Shown: in pieces, positions 20,561 through 28,431 of the stretch
How positions within the stretch are numbered: the stretch's first letter is position 1
How the letters are laid out: each line of letters opens with the position of its first letter
Assembly: GCA_002369075.1 (NCBI GenBank)
Contig: DFEG01000010.1
Location: 2-64,001, forward strand
Source of the DNA: Bacteroidales bacterium UBA3808
GTDB lineage: Bacteria > Bacteroidota > Bacteroidia > Bacteroidales > Paludibacteraceae
DNA: 64,000 nucleotides
Reading direction: 5' to 3'
Program-made: the position numbers and the translations under genes
Notes under the pieces: model-generated
What the model was told of the DNA's origin: nothing
Seen by the model: only the letters and a program-made list of their open reading frames with translations
Database searches by the model: none

Positions 20561-20613
20561 TGTTGCTGTTCTTTGAACGGAGGCATCAACCGGCTTGTTG
20601 ATGAACGCGAGTG

Positions 20614-20645
20614 CAAAATTACAAAAAAAAAATGACATATGCAAA
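20614..20645 (-). promoter_or_regulatory. Promoter of the DUF2147-rdgB operon (minus strand)
   Basis: Reverse complement TAATTTTG (-7) at 20614-20621 and TTTG (-33) at 20642-20645, with an exact 20-nt spacer. Confidence 0.55.
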
Positions 20646-20661
20646 TTATATGTCATTTTTT
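20622..20661 (-). terminator. Intrinsic terminator just outside attL (ancestral terminator of the tRNA cluster)
   Basis: atgacatat (20632-20640) pairs with atatgtcat (20648-20656). An A10 run on the plus strand gives a U-run on the minus-strand transcript. Confidence 0.7.
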
Positions 20662-20691
20662 GTGCGCAGGATGAGACTCGAACTCACACGA
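20660..20691. repeat. attL: 32-bp copy of the 3' end of tRNA-Leu(GAG), a direct repeat of 62611-62642
   Basis: ttgtgcgcaggatgagactcgaactcacacga is identical at both sites. Only the tRNA 3' portion is present here. Confidence 0.9.
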
Positions 20692-20773
20692 AATCTGAGT
20701 TGGAATCCCATTTTTCTCCCTGACTATCAATCAGTTAGTTAGCAATTTCAAGTATCATTTTACGTTAGGACGG

Positions 20774-20797
20774 TTTGGGCAGATTTTGGGTCATTTC
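20774..20797. repeat. Island-end repeat TTTGGGCAGATTTTGGGTC(A)ATTTC (candidate integrase arm site, left)
   Basis: The 19-bp core is identical to 62550-62568, with flanking ATTTC also shared. Same orientation at both ends. Confidence 0.8.
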
Positions 20798-20817
20798 CTT
20801 TCCATCCAAATCGACTG

Positions 20818-20849
20818 CAAAGGTACATAAAATATTTAACATGTGCAAA
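20818..20849 (-). promoter_or_regulatory. Consensus promoter on the minus strand pointing out of the island's left end
   Basis: Reverse complement TACCTTTG at 20818-20825 and TTTG at 20846-20849, 20-nt spacer. No ORF lies before attL. Confidence 0.55.
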
Positions 20850-21003
20850 TTTTGGGGCATAAAAATGCAAACTTAGCACGATTTTGTTAATTTTCGTATA
20901 CTTTTCGTCTTCTCTCCATGATCGAAAGCGTTCCAACGGTTTGAATACCATTTTACCAGGTTCGCAAAATTCACACACGCGCGCATATGTATTTTAAAAG
21001 GAG

Positions 21004-21585
21004 TTATTGCCCGGCATCCTCTAAATCTTTCTTGATTTTTGGTTCAAGAATTTTCTTCTGATACTTCTTATGTATCTTGGCGCGTGCCTTTGCCTCACGT
21101 TTCTGCTTCTCGGTAAGGTTGGTATATACTTGCGTTTCCCCTACACTTTGCATATATGGAACTATCAAGTTGAACTCTGGTAGCGGCTCTAACTCACCAA
21201 TAGCCTCCGGATGATTCTGAATATATTTCAACCGGCTCTCCAGTTCTGCCACACGATGCTTTAACTGCTCCAGCATGTACTTGTTGGCGTCATCCAATAA
21301 TTGCGAAGCATTGATGGTGGTCTCTTGATATTGGATTAGCTTCTTCAGATAGCCATTCTCCATATCTGTCTCCGTCGCGTAATCAATCGGTTGACGCGTA
21401 CGCACAAACAGGGAGTCGATAGTTACATTAAAGAAGTCTGCAACCTTCTCTATTGTCGAGGCCGTAGGATTCTTATAAAGGTTATGCAAACTACTGTTGG
21501 GTTTACCGGTCACAGCCATAGATAAGTCTCGCTGTGACTTCTTCTGTTTGGCTAATAAAAGCCTGATTGCATCTCCGTCGTACAT
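21004..21585 (-). CDS. XRE-family HTH regulator (cI-like) with a C-terminal coiled coil
   Basis: KKSQRDLSMAVTGKPNSSLHNLYKNPTASTIEKVADFFNVTIDSLF is an HTH_3 motif. ATG at 21585. Confidence 0.75.
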   Translation of the reverse strand: MYDGDAIRLLLAKQKKSQRDLSMAVTGKPNSSLHNLYKNPTASTIEKVADFFNVTIDSLFVRTRQPIDYATETDMENGYLKKLIQYQETTINASQLLDDANKYMLEQLKHRVAELESRLKYIQNHPEAIGELEPLPEFNLIVPYMQSVGETQVYTNLTEKQKREAKARAKIHKKYQKKILEPKIKKDLEDAGQ

Positions 21586-21603
21586 AGGTTTTTGTTTCAA
21601 AAA

Positions 21604-21760
21604 GTAATTATAGTGCGCATCTGCGTATTATAATTACTAAAATGCTATAATAATACGCATTTAATGTTAAATTCGTTGGGTATGTCACCGAAAAGCACTA
21701 ATTTTGCACCACAAAAGTACAACAAAAATTGCAAATACGCAAATATAATACGCAAATTTT
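21604..21760. promoter_or_regulatory. Divergent promoter/operator region of the island switch
   Basis: Inverted repeat gtaattata/tataattac (21604-21612 and 21629-21637). ATACGCA occurs four times (21623-29 reverse, 21653-59, 21735-41, 21748-54). -7 TAATTTTG at 21699-21706 (+); the minus-strand -7 is at 21712-21719 with its -33 at 21740-21743. Confidence 0.6.
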
Positions 21761-21807
21761 GTATAAAATTAGCATTTTTAAGCCAAATAAACTAAAAACC
21801 AACCTAT

Positions 21808-22050
21808 ATGAAAACCTTTAAACGTTATTATCTTCAATTGACCGGCAGTCGGAGACGCCAGTTCAAACGTGTAGTCATGCAGCGTACAGGATGGAGTAAT
21901 TCCACTTTCTATTACAAGTGCGAGCATGCGAATGTAACCAAGTTGGAGGACGAGGTTATCAACCAAATCCTGAATCACTATCGTAACGAGGATCGTGCGC
22001 AGCAGCGGTTCGTCGAAAAGTACTATGCAAAGCAACACCTTAATTCTTAA
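21808..22050 (+). CDS. Small basic protein, possible HTH/excisionase-like factor
   Basis: 80 aa. VMQRTGWSNSTFYYKC resembles the HTH of AlpA/Xis-type proteins, a weak call by eye. It is the first gene of the rightward operon. Confidence 0.35.
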   Translation: MKTFKRYYLQLTGSRRRQFKRVVMQRTGWSNSTFYYKCEHANVTKLEDEVINQILNHYRNEDRAQQRFVEKYYAKQHLNS

Positions 22051-22111
22051 TCCATGTAGAGAGTTGGACATGTTCCAACTTTCTATTACCCTCTAAAAAT
22101 CCTAAACTAAT

Positions 22112-25100
22112 ATGCTATCAAATCGCACAATAGAATTAGTCCGATTGCAGGTGAATATCAAAGACGTTGTCTCTGATTATGCCACGCTCCAATCGTCCGG
22201 ACGTAAGTTCAAGTGCTGCTGCCCGTTGCACAATGAAAAGACGCCGTCTTTCCATATTGATCCGGTGCGCAACACGTGGCATTGCTTTGGTGCGTGCGGC
22301 GAAGGCGGTGACGCCATCTCCTTCATCGAGAAAAAGGAGAAGCTTTCGTTCATAGAGGCCGTTCGTTTCCTTGCGAAGAAGCATAACATCCCTGTCGAGG
22401 AAGATACCCGCGAACGAACTCCTGAGAAGCAAGAGCAGGATAAACAACGTGAGTCCATGTTGATTGCTTATGAGGTCGTTCAGAAGTACTATGTGGCGAA
22501 CATCCATAACCAGGACGAGGAAGCCCGTGCTGCTTATGAATACGCCTCCGAACGTTGGGGTATCGACCTCGTTGAAGAAAGCGGTATAGGCTATGCCTAT
22601 GATGCTTGGGAAGGCTTGCAGAAATACGCACAAAAGGAAGCACTTTCTTTACCCTTACTCCAGTCGATGGGGCTGCTTAAACACTCGGACAAAACGCATC
22701 AGGAATTCGACTTCTTCCGTGGTCGTATCATGATTCCTATCCGGAACAAATACAATCGTATTATTGGATATACCGCGCGTACGATGTCGAACGATGAGAA
22801 CACACCCAAGTATCTCAACACGTCCAATAACGTGCTCTATCAGAAAAGCAATTCCATCTTCGGCATTGAGCAAGCATGGCCTGCAGCCGCCAAAGAAGGT
22901 CGTTTCTATCTGGTCGAAGGAGCGCCGGACGTCCTTCGTCTGCAATCTATCGGCATCGACAATGCGGTGGCTTCGCTTGGTTCTGATTGGACAAGTCAAC
23001 AACTCGACCTTCTTAGACGCTACGCTACCACTTTGTGCTTCCTGCCGGACGCCGATCGGCACAATATCTCCGAGCATTACGGCACGGGTATCAAGAAAGT
23101 GATGATGACCGGTCGTAACGCGATGGCCGCAGGTTTCAAAGTGGTTGTCCGTGAGATACCATTGGGCGCCGATGGTCAGAAGAATGATCCCGATTCGTAT
23201 TGCAAGAACGAGCGTATCTTCAACGAGTTACCCGAAGAAGATTTTGTCATCTGGTACGCAGACAAGCGCATCCTGGATGCAGGCGATGCGGAGGTTAGTA
23301 TCTCCATCATTGACGATATTGCCAATGTCGTAGCACTTTGTGACCAAGAGCACGAACGTAACCTGTACATCGACAAACTTATCAAGCTTGTCCCGGGTCG
23401 TAGTACATGGAACAAAGCCGTTCGTGCCGCTGTACAACGCAAGATGGAAGCGCAGCTGCGTGATACCTCTACGCCATCCAATCAAGACCTCTTGGAGCAC
23501 TACGGCTTCCAGCAAGTGGATAACCATTACGTTTCGCTGGGCGCAGATGGTAAGATGTTCTCGTGGTCGAACTTCGTCCTTCGTCCGCTCTTCCACATCC
23601 GCGACTCCATCAATGCTGTGCGTATCTTCGAATTGACCAACATGCGCGGCCAGAAAGAAATCATCGAACTCAAACAGGAAGATCTGACGAGTATGCAGAA
23701 GTTCTCTCAACGTATCGAAGGTCTCGGCAACTACCTCTGGACGGCATCTGCTGCACGGTTGACACAACTGAAGATGTATCTCTACGAAAACACCGAGACC
23801 GCCACCCGTATCGACCAACTCGGCTGGCAATCTGCGGGATTCTATGCGTTCGGTAATGGAGTGCTTGCTAATGGTACGTGGTACCCGGTGGACGAATATG
23901 GTATCGTACGTCTCCCGGAACTCGGCAACCAATACTTACCCGCATTGTCCACTATCTACAAGCACGATACCCAATTGTATCAGTTTGAACGCAGCTTTGT
24001 CCATCGGAACACCGGAGCCGTTTCGCTTCGCCGATACGTTGAGCAACTAATCTCTGTCTTTGGCAACAATGCCATGATTGCCTTCTCATTCTTGTTAGCG
24101 ACACTCTTCCGCGATATCATTGTGACGCAGACCAAGTTCTTCCCGATGCTGAATATCTTCGGTCCGAAAGGATCTGGTAAGTCTGAACTCGGTCATAGTC
24201 TCATGTCGTTCTTCATCTGCGAGAACACGCCTCCGAACATCCAGAACTCTACTCTTCCTGCATTGGCAGACGCTGTCGCGCAATGTGCCAATGCGCTTGT
24301 TCATCTGGATGAGTTCAAGAACGGCATAGACCTTGACAAACGTGAGTTCCTCAAAGGTCTCTGGGATGGCACCGGGCGTAACCGTATGAATATGGATAAG
24401 GATAAGAAACGTGAAGTAACCAAGGTTAACTCCGGTATTATCATCACCGGTCAGGAGATGGCTACAGCCGACATCGCCTTGTTCTCACGCTTTATCTTCC
24501 TCAGCTTCCCGAAGTCCGAGTTCTCCAATGATGCTAAGGAACGCTTTCAACAGTTGGTCAATCTCCGCAAGTTGGGTTGCACGCACTTGACGCTGGAGAT
24601 CCTGCGTCATCGTCCGCAGTTTGAGTCCAACTTTCGTGAAGCGTATAATCGTGCTTTTGATGATCTCCGTGATGCGCTGCAGAACTCGCCGGTAGAAGAC
24701 CGTATCCTGCGGAACTGGGTTGTACCTCTCGCTGCCTGCTATGCACTTCGTTCGTCACTCGATTTGCCATTCACGTACCAAGACCTGCTGCGCGTAGTCA
24801 TTGACGGCGCGCTCCACCAAAACCGGCAGACCAAGAAGAACAACGAGTTGGCTACCTATTGGGACACCGTCAGCTACCTCCGCGGAGCAGGTAACCTTGC
24901 GTACGAAGGCGATTACCGCGTCGAGTATGTCTCTGAACTCAACACCCGTGATCGCGGGATTTGCCATTTCGAGCAACCCCAACGAGTGCTCTATCTGAAG
25001 ATCAAGCAGACCGCTCAACTATACACCATGCACGGACATCGTACCGGCGAACCGCTGCTGCCGAAGAACTCACTGGAGTACTATCTGGAGAACAGTCCTT

Positions 25101-25309
25101 CCTATCTCGGAAAGAAGATTGTGCGCTATAAGGATATCATCCAAGGAGTGCAACAGTATGAAACCAAAACGGACGAACGAGGTAACACTCGTAATATTCA
25201 AAAGTCCAGCACGGAACTCTCTTATTGTTTCGACTACGACAAACTGGTTGAGCAATACGACATCAACCTGATTCCTGAGGATACCATTCCGGATGAACAA
25301 ACCGCATAA
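22112..25309 (+). CDS. DNA primase (CHC2 zinc finger + TOPRIM) fused to a C-terminal P-loop NTPase/helicase-like domain
   Basis: KCCCPLHNEKTPSFHIDPVRNTWHCFGACGEGGDAISF, the TOPRIM motif YLVEGAPDVLRLQS, and Walker A FGPKGSGKSE. Confidence 0.85.
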   Translation: MLSNRTIELVRLQVNIKDVVSDYATLQSSGRKFKCCCPLHNEKTPSFHIDPVRNTWHCFGACGEGGDAISFIEKKEKLSFIEAVRFLAKKHNIPVEEDTRERTPEKQEQDKQRESMLIAYEVVQKYYVANIHNQDEEARAAYEYASERWGIDLVEESGIGYAYDAWEGLQKYAQKEALSLPLLQSMGLLKHSDKTHQEFDFFRGRIMIPIRNKYNRIIGYTARTMSNDENTPKYLNTSNNVLYQKSNSIFGIEQAWPAAAKEGRFYLVEGAPDVLRLQSIGIDNAVASLGSDWTSQQLDLLRRYATTLCFLPDADRHNISEHYGTGIKKVMMTGRNAMAAGFKVVVREIPLGADGQKNDPDSYCKNERIFNELPEEDFVIWYADKRILDAGDAEVSISIIDDIANVVALCDQEHERNLYIDKLIKLVPGRSTWNKAVRAAVQRKMEAQLRDTSTPSNQDLLEHYGFQQVDNHYVSLGADGKMFSWSNFVLRPLFHIRDSINAVRIFELTNMRGQKEIIELKQEDLTSMQKFSQRIEGLGNYLWTASAARLTQLKMYLYENTETATRIDQLGWQSAGFYAFGNGVLANGTWYPVDEYGIVRLPELGNQYLPALSTIYKHDTQLYQFERSFVHRNTGAVSLRRYVEQLISVFGNNAMIAFSFLLATLFRDIIVTQTKFFPMLNIFGPKGSGKSELGHSLMSFFICENTPPNIQNSTLPALADAVAQCANALVHLDEFKNGIDLDKREFLKGLWDGTGRNRMNMDKDKKREVTKVNSGIIITGQEMATADIALFSRFIFLSFPKSEFSNDAKERFQQLVNLRKLGCTHLTLEILRHRPQFESNFREAYNRAFDDLRDALQNSPVEDRILRNWVVPLAACYALRSSLDLPFTYQDLLRVVIDGALHQNRQTKKNNELATYWDTVSYLRGAGNLAYEGDYRVEYVSELNTRDRGICHFEQPQRVLYLKIKQTAQLYTMHGHRTGEPLLPKNSLEYYLENSPSYLGKKIVRYKDIIQGVQQYETKTDERGNTRNIQKSSTELSYCFDYDKLVEQYDINLIPEDTIPDEQTA

Positions 25310-25315
25310 GAGAGG

Positions 25316-25346
25316 AAGCGCATGACCATTGGTTGTGCGCTTTTTT
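25316..25346 (+). terminator. Terminator after the primase gene
   Basis: GCGCA (25318-25322) pairs with TGCGC (25336-25340), followed by T6. Confidence 0.55.
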
Positions 25347-25384
25347 CATGTCCTTTGGTGGACTATCTATTGCCAGGGCATACG

Positions 25385-25575
25385 CATTAACATCGTAAAC
25401 ATTGTACACATCGCTTATTATCAGCACTTTACACGCATAGACCAAGTAAACATCCGTTAACATTTGTAAACATTGTTAACATTTTATAAGAATATTAACA
25501 TTGTTAACGATATGTTATTTTGCTTAAATGCCTGTAAATCAATGTTGTGTACGCTGTTAACGATGTGAACGTCAA
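25385..25575. repeat. AT-rich cluster of GTAAACA / AACATTGTTAAC iteron-like motifs
   Basis: gtaaacattgt, gtaaacatccgttaacatttgtaaacattgttaacatt, attaacattgttaacga and ctgttaacgatgtgaacg. AACATTGTTAAC occurs at 25470 and 25497. Confidence 0.75.
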
Positions 25576-25925
25576 AATGTATGTGTCCTATATCCATTTT
25601 GTTTTTCTATGGTGCTCGCGGCGCGGAAACGGGCAAGGTTACCACGTTGATCTTGCCCTCTACATGCTGACACACGTGCTGTTCTCTTGTGGCTTTCCCG
25701 AAAGCGGCAGATGGTTCACTCCATAGGAAGTTCATGCTTTGCTGCTGACGTGCTTGTCCTGCTGATTCTATTTCCGGCGCGAAGTTACTACTTTCTTTCG
25801 ATAAGCAAGGCTATACAAGTCGCCTCGAAAAATCTCCACACGCTGACGGTAGTATTTGTCGGTCGAGTCTTGCAACCAATCTCACTAAAGCACTTCGAAT
25901 GCACCGTAAATAAAATTCAGCAATT

Positions 25926-26225
25926 ATGTACAAGCACATTTCACATCAGCAAAGTCAGTTAGAACTCCCTCTTTTATGGAGCGAATCATCCGTAGCCGCT
26001 CCCGTTGTAGAAAGCCCCAAGAGCGAGATAGTTAAAGAAATGGTACGATACACTTGCAGTGTGGAGGATTTCAAAGCGCAGCAGGAACTCGAACGCGATT
26101 TGATGTCCGGTCGTGGTGCTTGGCTGTATAAGCAGTTAGAGCGAGAGCTCGCATGGGAGCGCGCACAACAAAAAGCCCTTGATAATATGATGGCTATGAG
26201 AGCCGCCAATATAAACGTATTTTAA
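25926..26225 (+). CDS. Hypothetical protein
   Basis: 99-aa ORF immediately upstream of ardA. Confidence 0.45.
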   Translation: MYKHISHQQSQLELPLLWSESSVAAPVVESPKSEIVKEMVRYTCSVEDFKAQQELERDLMSGRGAWLYKQLERELAWERAQQKALDNMMAMRAANINVF

Positions 26226-26247
26226 TAACTTTCAAAAATTTAGCATT

Positions 26248-26811
26248 ATGAACTACAGAGAACCATTAACGAAGAACGAAATCCGCGAGCACGCTGCACA
26301 CTATGAGAACAGCAACCCGGCAGTCTATTGTGGCACCTATGCCAAGTACAACAACGGCAGTCTCTACGGCATGTGGATTGATTTGTCCACCTTTGAGAAC
26401 TACCACGATTTTATGGAGTTTTGCAACCGCTTGCACGCCAACGAAGCCGAGCCGGAACTCATGTTCCAAGATTACGAGCACTACCCGGAGCAGTGGTATT
26501 GCGAGGGCTGCATGGGCGAAAGCACGTTTGATAAAATCAAGGCTTATGCCGAGCTGAGCGAGGAAAAGCGTGAAGCATACGAAGCGTATCTTACCTATTG
26601 GGATGAGGGCACGCTCGAAGATTTCGAGGAGCGCTACGAGGGCAAGTACGAGAGCGCAGAAGATTTCGCCGAGTACCTGTGCGAGGAATGCGGCTATTTT
26701 AAGAACTTGCCGCAGTGGCTGCAATGCTGCATTGATTATTCGGCAGTATGGCGCAACCTTGATACCGGTGGCGATTACACGGAGGTCGATGGTCACATCT
26801 TCCGGAATTGA
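26248..26811 (+). CDS. ardA: Antirestriction protein ArdA
   Basis: VYCGTYAKYNNGSLYGMWIDLSTFENYHDFMEFCNRLHANEAEPELMFQDYE is the typical ArdA N-terminus, followed by an acidic C-terminal region. Confidence 0.8.
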   Translation: MNYREPLTKNEIREHAAHYENSNPAVYCGTYAKYNNGSLYGMWIDLSTFENYHDFMEFCNRLHANEAEPELMFQDYEHYPEQWYCEGCMGESTFDKIKAYAELSEEKREAYEAYLTYWDEGTLEDFEERYEGKYESAEDFAEYLCEECGYFKNLPQWLQCCIDYSAVWRNLDTGGDYTEVDGHIFRN

Positions 26812-26886
26812 GCAAGGGCAGCGCAAACTGCCTTTGACCTTTTCAGACGAGTTTTTTGATCATATTTGTACAAGAGTACAAAATTA

Positions 26887-26918
26887 TTTGTGTATGTCAA
26901 TTATTTTTTGTAACTTTG
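26887..26918 (+). promoter_or_regulatory. Promoter of the defence block (TTTG, 20 nt, TAACTTTG)
   Basis: -33 at 26887-26890 and -7 at 26911-26918. Confidence 0.6.
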
Positions 26919-26966
26919 CAGCCGATTTTGTGTGCGCGCCGCACACATATACAGGCATAAGCGCGT

Positions 26967-28313
26967 ATGATAGAGACAAACCGCATAGAATTTAAGCGCG
27001 AGTTGACTCGCGAATTGGACATCGAAAAGGAAGTTGTAGCCTTCCTAAACTATCGTGAAGGTGGCATTATTTACATTGGTGTAGATGATAGTGGCAAGCC
27101 TGTTGATATTAAGGATATTGATGGCGATATGCTTGCTATCAAGAACCGTATTCGCGACGGAATCCTGCCAACTCCGATGGGACTCTTTGACGTAACAGTA
27201 GAACGTATAGATGAGAAACCCGTCATTAAAGTTTTCGTTTCTAGCGGAACTGAGAAACCGTATTACAAAAAGCAATACGGTCTCTCTCCAAAAGGATGTT
27301 TCATCCGTATTGGCACAGCGGCGGAACCAATGACGCAAGAGCAGATTGACGACCTCTATACACACCGCGTGCATAACTCGTTAAAGAATGTAGTATCGCC
27401 ACGTCAAGATCTCTCGTTTGCCCAACTACGCATTTACTATGCAGAGAAAGGAATGCAACTGAATGATAATTTCCTTCGTTCGTTGGATCTGCTTACGGAT
27501 GATGGCAAACTCAACTACGTAGCATACTTGTTGGCAGACGAGAATGGTAACTCCATGAAGTTGGCTAAATATGCAGGAACAGACCGATACGAACTTATTT
27601 CCAACAACGAATATGGCTACTGCTGCTTGCTGACCGCTACACAAAAGGTATTGGATAAATTGGATGTAGAGAACAAGGTATCTTCAGTTATTACTCCGAC
27701 TCGTCGTATAGACACTCCGCAATGGGACAGGCTGGCTATCCGCGAAGCTGTTATCAATGCTATCGTGCATAATGATTACATATATGGCGCGCCTTCGAAG
27801 ATTGAACTATTCTCTGACCATTTGGAGATAACATCCATCGGACGCATTCCACAAGGTCTTTCGCGTGAAGACTTCTTCAATGGAGTAAGCCTACCGCGCA
27901 ATCGTGAATTGATGCGTGTCTTCCGTGATGTAGAAATGGTTGAGTCGCTTGGATCAGGAATGCAACGTATCATGCGTAAATATACCAAAGACAACTTTGA
28001 GTTTGGCGATAATTATGTCCGCATGATTGTGCAATATAATTGGGTTGATGAAGTTCAAAAAGTAACGGTAACGGAAAGAGTAACGGAAAGAGTAACGGAA
28101 AGAGTAACGGAAAGCAATGAAGATAAGATTCTGCGTTTAATTTCTGCGAATCCTACAATAACCATTCCAAGAATGATGGATGTGTTATCACTCTCAGATA
28201 GCGGAATACGTAAAATTATACGCAAACTCCAGCAACAAGGGCTTCTTCGTCGCGTAGATGGTCGGAAAGAAGGTCATTGGGAGATAATCATTCCGGAGAA
28301 TAATAAAGACTAA
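26967..28313 (+). CDS. AlbA_2 (Schlafen-like) + HATPase_c_4 + C-terminal wHTH protein (RecG-like putative DNA-binding ATPase family)
   Basis: ETNRIEFKRELTRELDIEKEVVAFLNYREGGIIYIGVDDSG, AIREAVINAIVHNDY, and the C-terminal ILRLISANPTITIPRMMDVLSLS. Confidence 0.8.
   Translation: MIETNRIEFKRELTRELDIEKEVVAFLNYREGGIIYIGVDDSGKPVDIKDIDGDMLAIKNRIRDGILPTPMGLFDVTVERIDEKPVIKVFVSSGTEKPYYKKQYGLSPKGCFIRIGTAAEPMTQEQIDDLYTHRVHNSLKNVVSPRQDLSFAQLRIYYAEKGMQLNDNFLRSLDLLTDDGKLNYVAYLLADENGNSMKLAKYAGTDRYELISNNEYGYCCLLTATQKVLDKLDVENKVSSVITPTRRIDTPQWDRLAIREAVINAIVHNDYIYGAPSKIELFSDHLEITSIGRIPQGLSREDFFNGVSLPRNRELMRVFRDVEMVESLGSGMQRIMRKYTKDNFEFGDNYVRMIVQYNWVDEVQKVTVTERVTERVTERVTESNEDKILRLISANPTITIPRMMDVLSLSDSGIRKIIRKLQQQGLLRRVDGRKEGHWEIIIPENNKD
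28062..28115 (+). repeat. In-frame 12-bp tandem repeat (GTAACGGAAAGA, encoding VTER) x4
   Basis: The protein reads VTVTERVTERVTERVTES. It lies between the ATPase-like domain and the wHTH. Confidence 0.95.
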
Positions 28314-28431
28314 TCAAATAATTAACTTCTACCATGCCGCACCATCCTTTGAGGAACTCATTCGGTTCCTCTCCGAACTCCAATAGCGTTTTAGAAAACT
28401 AAAATGATAAAATATAGCAAAATCTAACATT

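Noticed and set aside
20660-20691. A second, degenerate tRNA gene at the left boundary
   Set aside because: Only the 32 nt matching the tRNA-Leu 3' end are present. The sequence to the right (aaatctgagttggaatccc...) cannot form the anticodon, D-arm or 5' acceptor parts of a tRNA.
20760-20978. 72-aa minus-strand ORF at the island's left end
   Set aside because: It contains the outward promoter elements and the arm-type repeat within it. There is no plausible start context, so the region is better explained as regulatory DNA.
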